Assembly: GCA_004022145.1 (NCBI GenBank)
Contig: RCNU01000016.1
Strand: one strand, 5' to 3'
Source of the DNA: Paecilomyces variotii
Lineage: Eukaryota
Length of the DNA: 64,000 bases
Of this stretch, positions 15,254 through 27,763 are shown piece after piece (within the stretch, counting starts at the first letter, position 1; each line of letters begins with the position of its first letter). A program made the position numbers and the translations under genes. Below the pieces are notes generated by a model. The model had not been told where the DNA came from. It saw nothing but the letters and a program-made list of their open reading frames with translations, and did not search any database.

Positions 15254-17072
15254 GGCGGGTCGGTGTGGATAGAAGTCGACACCAGTCCGTATAATAAGAT
15301 CTTGTTTCTCGGTTGTGTACCTTCCGTCCCAGCGATGAATTTGCACAGGTCCACAGTTCGGGTCTACTGGAAGCGATAGCCAGCAAAAGGCGAATTGAAC
15401 AGTAGTAATCTGGCGTCTAGATGAGGAAAACTGATAAAATTTCCGATTCTTTGTGTAGGAGAATCTCCTTGTGTTTCCTTTTTGAGTGCGACAGTCGCGT
15501 CACTACGGACTCTAACCAGCGCACACTCTGCGATCGCGGTTCGCGCACCTACAGCCGGGAAAAAAACAAGCCAAGCGACGATTCAGGCAGTCGCGTGGCG
15601 ATCGAGTACGAGTACAGTTCAAAACAGCTGCGAAGATGAAGAAAGGGAAAAGAGAGAATATCGTTATAACGTACGACTCGTCCTGGCGATGAGCAAGTCG
15701 ATGGACGATGGACGATGGACGGGAGGTGATGTTGATGGAAGAAGGAAGAAAGGGAGAGTGAGCCAGGAGGTTGGCAGGAGTTTTGGGCGAGCAGAAACTG
15801 CCGTGCCCAGGGCTAACCGCATGCGGTAGCTATTCATCAGGTGATCAAACGTGACCTGAGGTATGGGTGCCTGTATGCCTCAGGCCATATATGGATGGCT
15901 GATGCATACTCTCGTTCATTATTGTTAACTAGTTGAGCGCTATCTAGATATACAGGCACTGAGTTACTGCTTTATTTCATCAGTAGATATGTCGCATTTG
16001 TACGGAAATAATTCCCCGACCAAGATGATATCCACATTTACTCCTGAAACTACTCTATCTACGGGAAACACGGAGAAGACTACGGAGTATGGGGAGCTAC
16101 CACCTCGTGGGGGAGGGTTCGGGGACATGGCCTTAACCTTGTGGTCGGTCCATAGGGCAGATTGGAGGGCATAATTGGCTGTCTGGTGCCAGATGAGATG
16201 CATCTGAGGCTGTATAGAGGCATTAGAGCACAACCAGGTGGATAGACGAGGTTCTCGGTAAAGCGATCTCGGCAGAAAGGAAGCATTCGTCGACTCTCAA
16301 GGGTCGCAACGGCCACGAGACCAGCGACGGAACACGGAGACGGCTAACGCTCCGGACGGCCAGCCTTCGCGGCTTTCGGCACGTCCCAGTATGTCCCTGT
16401 ACTGGCAGTACGGCCTCCGTATTACGCTGCGGTGCATCGCCAGGCGACGTCACTGTTGCAACTTGCGGCTGTCCAGAATAATAATGCATAATACCTAATG
16501 GTATTTTTAATGGTATGTGACCGGTACGGCCAGTACATATAATACAGAAGAATACCGCTAGCCTGTTATGGGAGCTCCAGCTGTCCTGATCTTGTCGAAT
16601 GCACGTCCCTTTGATTATTCCGCCGCAACGTCTCTGGGTGCTTTTTTTTCTTCTCAAATCAGCAAGAGGGTCTTTTTAAGCACCGAGCAAGTCAGCACGC
16701 GGGTTTTGGCGGATAAGTGAGGGTCGGAGTGGGCAAGGGCACAAATGCTCGACTTAGGCTATCCGTGGATTGCGATGTGTTTGCGCCGAGATGCCCGGTT
16801 TCCCGGGGACGTTACGACACTCCCGCGTTACCGTACCGAACGCCTTTCTGCGCCCGCCCCCCTAGCGTTTAGCGCCTGCGCGTGTGTATCATCGTACAGC
16901 TGTACCGTTGCAAAAGTTACGGCCAGAGGGAAAAAAGGGCCGCAAAAGCAACAGCTTCGCCCGTCATCTCTTCTCTTTTCTTCTCAACTCTTCTCCCTTT
17001 CATACCCCATCTCTCCTCTTCCACAGTATATCCAACCTTCCTGTCTCCTCTCAAGCTTTTGAGTAAGCAGAT

Positions 17073-18915
17073 ATGGCTTCCTCTCTCAGACTAACGACTT
17101 CTGCCCTCCGCTCGACTTCCCTTGCTGGGAAGCCCGCGGTGCAGTCTGCGGCCTTCAATGGCTTGCGCTGCTACTCTTCCGGCAAGGCCAAGGTATGTAG
17201 TCCCTCCAAATCGTGTCCACCTCGTGGTAGGAACTGATTCTGACCGTCAATGCCACAGTCCCTGAAGGAAACCTTCGCCGACAAGATCCCTGGTGAGATT
17301 GAGAAGGTCAAGAAGCTCCGCAAGTGTGTACCCTTCTTCTTTTCTCCCCTTACTCCGCCCGATGTTGAACAGAAACTGATGGTCGAATCATAGGGAGTAC
17401 GGCAACAAGGTCATTGGAGAGGTCACTCTCGACCAGGCCTACGGTGGTGCCCGTGGCATCAAGTGCCTCGTCTGGGAGGTGGGTGATTGATTTTCCAGGC
17501 GCATTCGTCTGGGCGAGAGCTAACGTTCAATGTTAGGGTTCCGTCCTGGACTCCGAGGAGGGTATCCGATTCCGTGGCAAGACCGTGAGTAGCACAACAC
17601 CAAAGAATTGAATGCCGGCATTTTTACTAACGCAATTCCAGATCCCTGAGTGCCAGAAGCTCCTGCCTAAGGCCCCCGGTGGAGAGGAGCCCCTCCCCGA
17701 AGGTAGGCGACAGAAAAAAAGAGAATACATCACATCAGACATGACTAATGGACCCAGGTCTCTTCTGGCTTCTGCTGACCGGCGAGATCCCCAGCGAGCA
17801 GCAAGTCCGCGAGCTGTCCGCTGAGTGGGCTGCTCGTTCCGATGTCCCCAAGTTCATTGAGGAGCTCATCGACCGCTGCCCCAGCGACCTCCACCCCATG
17901 GCCCAGTTCTCTCTGGCTGTCACTGCTCTCGAGCACGAGTCCTCCTTCGCCAAGGCCTACGCCAAGGGTATCAACAAGAAGGAATACTGGGGCTACACCT
18001 TCGAGGACTCGATGGACCTGATTGCCAAGCTGCCCACCATCGCCGCCCGCATCTACCGCAACGTCTTCAAGGACGGCAAGGTCGCTCCTGTCCAGAAGGA
18101 CAAGGACTACGCCTTCAACCTGGCCAACCAGCTCGGATTCGGCGACAACAAGGACTTCGTCGAGCTCATGCGTCTGTACCTGACCATCCACTCCGACCAC
18201 GAGGGTGGTAACGTCAGCGCCCACACCACCCACCTGGTTGGTAGCGCTCTGAGCTCCCCCATGCTCTCTCTGGCCGCCGGTCTCAACGGTCTGGCTGGTC
18301 CTCTCCACGGACTGTAAGGATCTGTCGCCATCTACCAATTTGCGAATTGCGCTAACGAGTTCTACAGGGCCAACCAGGAGGTGCTCAACTGGCTCACCAA
18401 GATGAAGAAGGCCATTGGCAACGACCTCAGCGACGATGCCATCCGCAACTACCTGTGGTCGACCCTGAACGCCGGCCAGGTCGTTCCCGGATACGGCCAC
18501 GCCGTCCTCCGCAAGACTGACCCGCGTTACACTTCCCAGCGCGAGTTTGCTCTCCGCAAGCTGCCCGATGACCCCATGTTCAAGCTGGTCAGCCAGGTCT
18601 ACAAGATCGCTCCTGGCGTCCTGACCGAGCACGGCAAGACCAAGAACCCCTACCCCAACGTTGACGCTGTACGTGATCCCCCTTGACGTTGCACTGTTGG
18701 ACCACTCTTACTGACGTTGACTGCAGCACTCTGGTGTCCTGCTCCAGTACTACGGTCTCACCGAGGCCAACTACTACACCGTCCTGTTCGGTGTCTCCCG
18801 TGCTCTGGGAGTCCTGCCCCAGCTGATCATCGACCGTGCTCTTGGTGCCCCCATTGAGCGCCCGAAGTCGTTCAGCACTGACGCCTACGCCAAGCTTGTT
18901 GGCGCCCAGCTGTAA
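17073..18915 (+). CDS. citA: Mitochondrial citrate synthase
   Basis: Eight exons. Presequence [17 protein letters not shown]..; motifs [50 protein letters not shown]; ends GAQL*. Confidence 0.97.
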
Positions 18916-19193
18916 AAAAAATAGTGTATAGGTAGCTTGTGTGGGGAACCAGGTCCGGCGCCATGACGGGCAGGATGATGCTTCTCCTTTGATTCTTATT
19001 TAGTGGACCGGGCAGCGCTGGATCTGCCGTTTTGTTCGATTACGTTTAATGAAACTTGACTAGTTCAAGCGGGCCATGTGTGTCGTTGCGGTGTTGTTTT
19101 GTTTTGCGTGATCCTACGTAGTAGTTAGTATGTAGGTATGTTGCGATGGGAGACGTAAGCATTGCTTGTCCCTCAGCCAAGACTAGTCTGAGA

Positions 19194-19221
19194 TGACTCG
19201 AGTAGGGTAATTAGTGAGTCA
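19194..19221. promoter_or_regulatory. Paired Gcn4/CpcA-type sites upstream of yhm2
   Basis: TGACTC at 19194-19199 and TGAGTCA at 19215-19221, about 660 bp upstream of the yhm2 ATG. Confidence 0.35.
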
Positions 19222-19878
19222 ACTCGACAGTCTCGATCGCCGTACGAGCACGGAGGAATTGACTCCCCATCAGTTCCTCTCGAGACGGCCAGGGCGTTGA
19301 ATAATAGATATGGTCTCAACGCGAATGCTTGTCCTGTTGGGGACGCTGAACTGCCCGTCGCCCAACGGAGCTGCCTCGGCGCCTCACCGTCCGGCCCAAA
19401 GCAGGCTAGCGTGTATCTATCCCTGTTGGGACTAGCGTCGGGTCGTGCAGATTGCAAGATTGGGGGCTCCAGCTTAGTTACCCGGCCGAGTTAGTTAGTC
19501 TTAGCAGTCCGGGGGGCCTCAGCTCTGCTCCCCCAGCATTATTGTATGCCAGTCTATCTATTAGTGAATTCACTAATAATAAGGTCCTCGTCGCTCTCCC
19601 TGCTCTGCTCTGCTGGTCTTTCTCTCTTCCTTTCTTTCTTTCATCTATCTATCTATCTATCTATCCGGTGTCGCTGACTTCTCTCCCTCCGTCTATCGTC
19701 GTTTCCATCCTCCTCCCCCAGCCCTCCTAGCTCCTCCCCTTGGATCCATAGCCGATTCCACTGGCCCTGCTGCTGGTCCTTAGCCGTCACCGTTCTCCGA
19801 TCTCCCGAATCCCATAAAGCGACGAAGCCCCCTACATCCCTTGGTCAGGGCCCCTTTCAGCGTTCCCAGTATCCAGAG

Positions 19879-21241
19879 ATGTCCGCCGCTACCGCTCAGG
19901 CCGCCTCCGGCCACAAGATCGAGAAGAAGCCCGTCAAGTTCAGCAATCTGCTGCGTGAGTACATCGCCTGCCGCAATGCAGGATCTTACTGCAGGAGGGA
20001 GATGGACAATGTTTCTAACGTCGATGCGCAGTGGGTGCGGGATTGAACCTGTTCGAGTACGTTTTGTTGTCCTGAAATCCACTCGAATCCTGAATTCAAG
20101 CTGACCGGAATCTAGGGTTACCTCGCTGGGTCAGGTACAGGCCACCCTCACCTCAATAATTACAATAATACAAGTCATCATGCGCACTCCGCTGACTCGT
20201 GATAATAGCCGCTGGAAGTGATCAAGACAACCATGGCCGCCAACCGTCAGGACAGCTTTGCGACGGCCATCGGTCGGATTTGGGGTCGTGGCGGGATCTT
20301 CGGCTGTAAGGGCGCCCCTCTCCTGCCGTATGGAGCTGCTGATCACTAATCACGAAATGCAATCGAACAGTTTACCAAGGTCTCATTCCCTGGGCCTGGA
20401 TTGAGGCCTCCACCAAGGGCGCCGTTCTGCTGTTCGTCGCGTCCGAGGCGGAATACGTCGCAAAGACGTTTGGCGCTGGCGACTTCGTCGCTGGTATCTC
20501 GGCCGGTATGACCGGTGGTGTCGCCCAGGCGTATGCCACCATGGGTTTCTGCACCTGCATGAAGACGGTCGAGATCACCAAGCACAAGATGGCTGCGGCG
20601 GGTGTCAAGCCCCCCAGCACTTTTGCTACGTTTATGGACATCTACCGCAAGGAAGGTATCCGCGGTATCAACCGTGGTGTCAACGCTGTGGCCATCCGTC
20701 AGACGACCAACTGGGGTTCCCGCTTCGGTCTGTCCCGTCTGGCGGAGACCGCTATCCGCAACGTCACTGGCAAGGACGAGAAGCAGAATCTCAATGCGTT
20801 CGAGAAGATCCTCGCGTCGGGTCTGGGAGGTGGTCTGTCCGCCTGGAACCAGCCGATCGAGGTCATCCGTGTGGAGATGCAGAGCAAGAAGGAAGATCCC
20901 AACCGCCCCAAGAACCTGACCGTCGGCAAGACCCTGAAGTACATCTACGAGAGCAACGGTCTGAAGGGTCTATACCGGGGAGTCACTCCTCGAATCGGCC
21001 TGGGTATCTGGCAGACTGTGTGCATGGTTGCTCTGGGTGACATGTAAGTTGTCTTTTCTTTTTCTTTCCCTTTTCCCTTTCGTCCGTTGATCAGCACCCA
21101 CGCGGTGTTGTACTCTTTATTATTGGTCATGTGACAACCGAGGTATCCGAAATCGCTGACATGTGGATCTCCTTTGAACCGAGCAGGGCCAAGGAAGCAG
21201 TCGAAAAACTGACTGGCGACAAAGTCACCGCGAAGCATTAG
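19879..21241 (+). CDS. yhm2: Mitochondrial citrate/2-oxoglutarate carrier (Yhm2/YhmA)
   Basis: Exons 19879-19954, 20032-20056, 20116-20134, ~20209-20304, 20371-21042, 21187-21241: [82 protein letters not shown]. Carrier Px[DE]xx[KR] motifs. Confidence 0.95.
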
Positions 21242-24200
21242 AAGAGGGTTGAGATGCCTTTTTCCATGTTGGAAGCGAGTATTGCCGGGTAGATCTTTTG
21301 CCGTCTTGACCGGTACGAATTGTAGGAGTCGGGACAGAATATTAATAAGGAACCGATTTGCACAAAAGCTGATTACGCCAAACCTTTCATTGTTGAGTTC
21401 TCTCGTGTTAGACGTATTATTATGGTATAGAGTATTATGCAGTATCTACATGTTCAAACATGCCAGTTAGCCGACTATTATGCGAATACTATCATACGCT
21501 GTTACATCACTATAGTAAACATGAAGTATTTTTGTAACTAAACACACTCGAAATGCAAAAGATAGAATTGTTTCAAAGATAACAGTTGCTTTCCATAACG
21601 AATAAAAAGCAATAACTTCGTTAAGTTATAATTCATTGTTGAGCTTACAGAGCAAATAGTATAAATGTGGATAAATAATCGAGTCTCAAAATAATACCCG
21701 TCCGGATTCGGACTTGAGTCGTTTTGCTCCGATGCGGAAGTCGGAAGTAAAGCCTGACATTCGATATCGGAGGTTTTACCTCTATGCTTATTTCTTTCTC
21801 TATTGCTATCGGAGTATATTATAATATATGGCTCGAAAGGGGCTGTGGATTATAATAACCTGTTATAATAATATAATATTGTCTATTTGTATTGGTTTTT
21901 TTTTATCTCTCTCTTTCTCGTTCTTTCACCTGAAACAACTAAGTAAGTATATCTAGTGCTAGGTAAGATCCTCCAGCCTAGATACAGGACCTACAATATG
22001 AAACGAGCTCATAGCTAAAGATACCGCTCTTTGAACCGTCATAGTCGTGATCTCAGGACTGTCTAGGTTATCGTATGCTCGAGTCCTCTATCTATCTTTG
22101 TGGGCCATAACTACTGTTTTCAAATGCATTATATAAACTGTGTCGTCGTATGTTAAATCATGATGCGCTGGATAGCTGTCTGCATTGCATACTTAGCTGC
22201 TGAGATTGTTGTCTTGTGCTGCAGGCCCTTGACTAAAGAGTTTCTCAGGAATTCTAGGGCGAGTGAAATATCTTAGAGTAGATCGGATAGTAAATAAATA
22301 TTCTGAAAAATCAGTCCGCGAAGGGAAGAAAAAGCATACGCAAACTGAAATCATTGGCGTTATGGTAATTCTCTAGGATTAGCAGCTAGGTTTCATACGT
22401 CTTCGTTGAATAAATTCGGTCTAATCTTCCTTAGAGATATTCGGGTCTATGGTATCTCTGTTTGCCATTTCTCCACTTGGTCTATCTATCAAGTGACACT
22501 ACCACACTGCACTCCTCATCGAAAATCGCCTCAGTGAAACCAAAGAACTATTGGAATTCATATGCCCCAGATCTGACTTGAGGATAATATCGATCGACAC
22601 TATATTCCATTCCTATGGGTATATTCCATTCATATGGGCAATGTAAGCGAGCCCACGATAATGTAAACAGGAGCGATAAAAGTCCAAATGGTAACGAACT
22701 GTCTATAGTTTATTTAAAGGCGAGTAATATATATGTATATATATACTCTTGGCAGGCTAACGCTGCATAATGCTTGGGATTCTGTGGTAAGCTTAGACAG
22801 ACTATTTATTCCTATAGTTGGAGCTCGTCGTAGAGAAGGTGTGGGAGGACTTTGTCAGATTACTTGGCTAAGTAGGGAGTCTTTAACTTCTTTCTTGTTA
22901 ATGAAAACCTTTCTGTCAGATTGATTTGTGAGATATGAATCGGTCGTTCGTTATGCAGGTGCCTAGTTAATATATTACCTTGTTCACCTATAGGAATGAA
23001 TAACAGGGTTAAAGTGGGAATATTCCCTGATCCACACAAGTGTAATGGCGTTAACTGGGGTGCACAGTATAATCCAACTAAATCGTGCATAAATGAAATA
23101 CTTAAGTTCACAAAAGAGCTAACAAATAAGTACCTATGGGATCAAATCCTTTTCTGTAATTATTTGCCTCGGCAACTTACCATGTCCTTCGGGTCTATCA
23201 AGATGAAATAAGCCGGGTGGAGAAAACGCATACTGCTGTAGAAGAAACCAGTTCGACTATTTAACCGTGCTAGTCTAATTTGTATCTCCTCCGATCATCA
23301 AATATCTAAGCGGTTTGATAATCACCAGACTCTTCAAGCGGAGTTTCTTCGTATGGATATCACCCAGACCATTCGGGGACCTGTTCATTGAGATGGGCTC
23401 TTTGGCCTGCTGAACGAAGATTGGTGACATGACCTTCCCTAAGCAGACAGCTGCAAAATAGTCTAGTTACATGGATAAGCTACTGCGAGACCGTTATCGT
23501 CTAACTATACAGTCGAAGTTAACCAGAGAGTTGTTTCACTGTTTTTACCAATAATGTTCTGTATTGGGCCCGCATGCCTTCATATCCATCCCGAAGGACA
23601 CGAGATACGGAGTACAGGTTGATGGATCATGGAACCCATTAGAGACATAATCTACCAGGCGAACACGTTAGCTGAAAGATCCTCATGTAGTTCAGGCCCT
23701 CTCCCGTTAGTGGGCTCGCGTGGCGTGGCCGGTGCCCGAGGTTGAACTTTAACGATCAACACTATTGTTTATGGTAGATCGCCTACCGAGGCCTATGCCC
23801 CCGAGGGATTCGACCCCCTGAAGATCTAATCATCGCTCAGGTGCGGAGAACTGTTGGATCTTTTCTTTAAGTTCCAATAGAGTGTCGATCTCCAGTATCT
23901 AGGACCCGACCTGAAGGATCCTGCGCGATACTCCACAGCCAGATGTAGCATGGACGTGGTCAGAAACGGTATCGTGGGATCTGCGATGGCGGAATCGCGA
24001 TTCATGTACCTAGCACACGGGAAAACGATCTTGTGAGTATACTCTCACAGAAGCCGCATAGGTAACAGTGCGTGCTCTTAGCTCGTATGAACTGTCGATG
24101 GGGGAGATATATGGCGTATCAGCCTTCTCCTCGGGAGCATCCGTCCCAGTGTTATTCAGATGTCCTTATTTCGCTATAGTCGAATATACCTCGTACAATT

Positions 24201-24261
24201 GATGCTCATTACGATTCCGACGACAATCGTCGGTTGACTTCCTAGATACGCATGGCCCATA

Positions 24262-25975
24262 ATGCATCTGTTTCGCATAATAGTCCTCATCGCGACGACC
24301 CTACCAGTCGTGCGTGTCGCTGGAGAATCAGATTCGAAACTACCAGCCCTGCCTCGGTGCGCTGTATGCGTTTCCTTCTGCCTCTCTTTGGTTGTTTAGA
24401 CTCCGTCTGATGATATAGTAGCTTGCGTGCAAGCAACAAGTGCTCGTTAATCACACATCTTCATGCTCGACCACCGACACGACATGTCTCTGCTCTGATA
24501 CCCAATATCAAACTGCTCTTGCCGACTGTGCCATGGTGAGCTGTTCCGTTCGAGAAGCGTTAAGTAAGTAATTCATCACTACGATCATTACCAGCAGTTC
24601 TGATATCCTAACCAAATCATTGCCAGCGGCCAAATTTGTGGAGTCCCGCCAATGCAACATCCCTATCCGCCGGCGCTATGCTGTAGCAGATGCTGGCACG
24701 ATTATACCGTTCGTATTCGCCACTGTTCTCGTCATGATCAGGATCACTGCCAAATCCATGCGTCTGGGAGGTGGCTGGGGTCCTGATGACTTCACTATTG
24801 TTGCTTCATATGTGAGAAGTATCCTTGTTCTGGTATAACCCGCTTTTAACATTCCACTAACTAGAGTATACAGGCATTGGCAATAGTGGTATTCTCACTA
24901 AATATTTCAAGTAAGGATTATGAAAGGACCGATATTGCGTGGTTGATAATTGATCAATTCCAGTGGTCCGTTATGGCTTCGGTATGAATATATGGGACAT
25001 TTTCCCACTAGACAATATCACCAAAGCATACAAGGTCCGTTTGTCTCTTCAATATCTTGAAAGAACCACTATGCTGACTTATTTCACTCAAGTATTTCTA
25101 CGTCTTCATCCTAGCATACAAAGGCCTCATATCTCTCGCTAAGATTTCCGTCTGCCTGTTCCTACTACGAATCTTCCAGTCCAACATATTCCGCTACACC
25201 GCGTACACTATGATTGGAATTAACTCTGCTGTCGCTATCAGTTGGATCATAGTGGATGCTTTCCACTGCGTTCCCGTTCATTTAGCATGGACGGGCTGGC
25301 AATACCCAGAACAAGGGAAATGCATCGACTTCAACGCCGCGACCTTCGCCAATGGCTTTGTCAACATCGCAGTCGACACGATCATGGTGATTATGCCTGT
25401 CTACGAAATCATGAAGTTGACCTTGTCTTTTCGCAAAAAGATAGGTGTCGCTTTTATGTTTGCTATTGGCTTGGTGTGAGTATAAACCCTGCTATATTTT
25501 TGCATCACTTGTATTTACTTCGTTGGATCGATAGGTTGGCTGCCATCGGGGTTATCCGTGTGATTGTCTTCTCCTACAATAGTTCATCTGCAAATCCCAC
25601 ATGTAAGTGCATCCGCCAAAACGCAGAAAAAGAAAAAGCCAGTACAGCAAAGCTAACTCAACTCTTCCAGGGGACATGCAAGCCCTCAACCACTGGTCCG
25701 TAATCGAATGCCAAGTCGCCATAATCTGTGCCTGTCTACCTGCAACTCGAGTCTTCATCGCACACATCTTCCCTGGTGTATTCCAGTTCACAACCGGCCA
25801 TGTTTCAAGTTATCAATCGCAGCCGTGCCGGCCCAGACAAACGCGACATCTAAATGAAACCAGCCGCATTTCACAGAAGATCTCATATACAGTTGATTAT
25901 AGCGATGAGCGGGGCGAATCGAGGAGTTCTGTGCAGCTTGTAGATGTTGAAATGGCGAAGCATCAAATTAATTGA
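24262..25975 (+). CDS. CFEM-domain PTH11-like integral membrane receptor
   Basis: Signal peptide MHLFRIIVLIATTL.., CFEM cysteine pattern LPRCA|LAC..CSTTDTTCLCSD..DCAMVSC, then GWGPDDF, YGFGMNIWD, AKISVCLFLLRIF, CVPV..W..C, WSVIECQVAIICACLP. About eight short introns. Confidence 0.88.
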
Positions 25976-26878
25976 ATGAAGAAATGGGATGGGATTGTTA
26001 CGTTATGTTTTATTGGAATGTTGGTGGGAGTTTTTTTTTGGCTTTTATCTGGGTATGTACTGTACATATTTCCTTTCTTCCTTCGCAGGGTTTTATAATT
26101 GGTTAGGCTTGTTGTATATTTATAACTGTAATACATTAACTATTTTAAACTTGACTAGTGAACAGGATTAATTCATAGGATTTGACGTTTACTTATTTTT
26201 TTACTTTATCCGGTCATCGGAAATGGCCCCAAACTCTTCCGAGAATTGGCGATCTTTGTCCAGACAGATTATTGGCTAGGAGGACTACCAGAGCTCTAAG
26301 ACTCGAAACATGAACTATACGCCGATTCCATGGTATTTAATTCATGAACAATCTTATGGTAGTACAGATAAACAAATTCCCACGGTATCTGTGGCGCTCC
26401 AAATCCGGGGTACAATTAACGGGCTCTCAGTAGTCACGTGGGGCCGAGGTTAAAGTACTTACGCACGTATTATTATTGGAGATCCCCTGAACCGTTTGCG
26501 GCTTAATCAATAATATCCCGAGCGGTTTGGTGGCTTCATTAATGGTCCCGATAAGATGACAGTCGCATCAGGGATTCCATTGACGAAAAAGTATGGATAC
26601 TCGCAGCGAAATGGACTAACACATGTTTCTCTGGAGTTTCATTGTTCGAGAAATCCGAAAATCAAAGCCATTACCCTTTGAATTGTTGCTGTGTCGGTTC
26701 CTTCGTCCGCATTTTGCTTCTCTTCAATCCTCAGTTGACTGCTCATGTACTTATTTGGATAAAGATACCACTTGTAGCTCAGTTCATCAGAGCCTGAGCC
26801 AGCTTGAGTAATCGACAGCGCCACCAGCCAGACACCTTAATTTTGCTCTTGACTGGTCTTGAACCCGGTCTCACACAA

Positions 26879-27763
26879 ATGGCGACCAAAGCAACTGCTG
26901 AAAATCCTTTATCGGAATTTGTACGCCTTTCCTCGTCGATCTACATCAAAGAACCGACGGGCACATTGGGGAGTGATAGTGCTATTCCATCCACTATTGT
27001 GCTGTCTTCTTGGATGAATGCTCCTCCCCGAGCTTTTATCAAATTCGTCAAGGAATACGCTCGTCTTGCGCCAAACTCGCGGATTATTTTCATCCTCAAC
27101 ACTTCTTCTCATATCTTTTTGCGCGAGGCTCGCCAGCGCTCGCGTTTGATGCCTGTCGTTGAGGCTGTCCGCAACACCGCATCCCCACGCGAACCTGTAT
27201 TTCTACACATCTTCTCCAATGGAGGAAGCTTGGCCGCGACGCACCTGGTCAAGACATACCGTCAAGTGACAGGTTCATCCCTGATCGTCCCTTCGATGGT
27301 CATCGACAGCGCGCCTGGGAGAGCCACTATCCGCACAAGTGCCAAGGCATTGTCCTATGCTCTGCCAAAGCACCCCATTCTGCATCGCCTCTGTCTGAGC
27401 ATCGTCTATGCCTTTCTGATTGGCAACTGGTTTCTTAACAAAGTCTTCCGACAGCCAGACGTTATCGAGTTAACACGCCAGGCACTCAACGACGCAAGCC
27501 TTTTTGGCGTCTCAGGGGATATCAAGCGAAGATGCTATATATATTCGGATGAAGATGAATTAATCAAGTCATCGGACGTGGAGGAACATGCCAGCGAAGC
27601 TGAGGCAAGTGGCTGGATTGTTGAGAGGGCCAAATTCCATGGCAGCGCCCACGTGGCGCACATGCGGACAGACCCTCAGAAGTACTGGGTCATTATTGAG
27701 AGATACTTGCGGTACAGTGTGGATGGTGAATCTGAAAAATCAAAAGAGGAGTTAGTCCAGTGA
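26879..27763 (+). CDS. DUF829/TMEM53 (PaxU-like) alpha/beta-fold protein
   Basis: Intronless. Motifs WMNAPPR, HIFSNGG, IDSAPG, RCYIYSDEDELI, F.GSAHVAHMRTDP.KYW. ATG at 26879; the track start at 26804 is a TTG. Confidence 0.85.
   Translation: MATKATAENPLSEFVRLSSSIYIKEPTGTLGSDSAIPSTIVLSSWMNAPPRAFIKFVKEYARLAPNSRIIFILNTSSHIFLREARQRSRLMPVVEAVRNTASPREPVFLHIFSNGGSLAATHLVKTYRQVTGSSLIVPSMVIDSAPGRATIRTSAKALSYALPKHPILHRLCLSIVYAFLIGNWFLNKVFRQPDVIELTRQALNDASLFGVSGDIKRRCYIYSDEDELIKSSDVEEHASEAEASGWIVERAKFHGSAHVAHMRTDPQKYWVIIERYLRYSVDGESEKSKEELVQ

Noticed and set aside
17745-18632. 295-aa minus-strand ORF antisense to citA
   Set aside because: Shadow of strongly biased codon usage; no independent gene signals.
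23712-23820. tRNA-like A-box (TGGCGTGGCCGG) and B-box-like (GGATTCGACCCC) motifs
   Set aside because: No acceptor stem or cloverleaf could be built on either strand; tRNAscan-SE would settle it.
26879-27763. PaxU-like gene as sign of an indole-diterpene cluster
   Set aside because: No GGPP synthase, prenyltransferase, cyclase or P450 nearby; DUF829 proteins are widespread.
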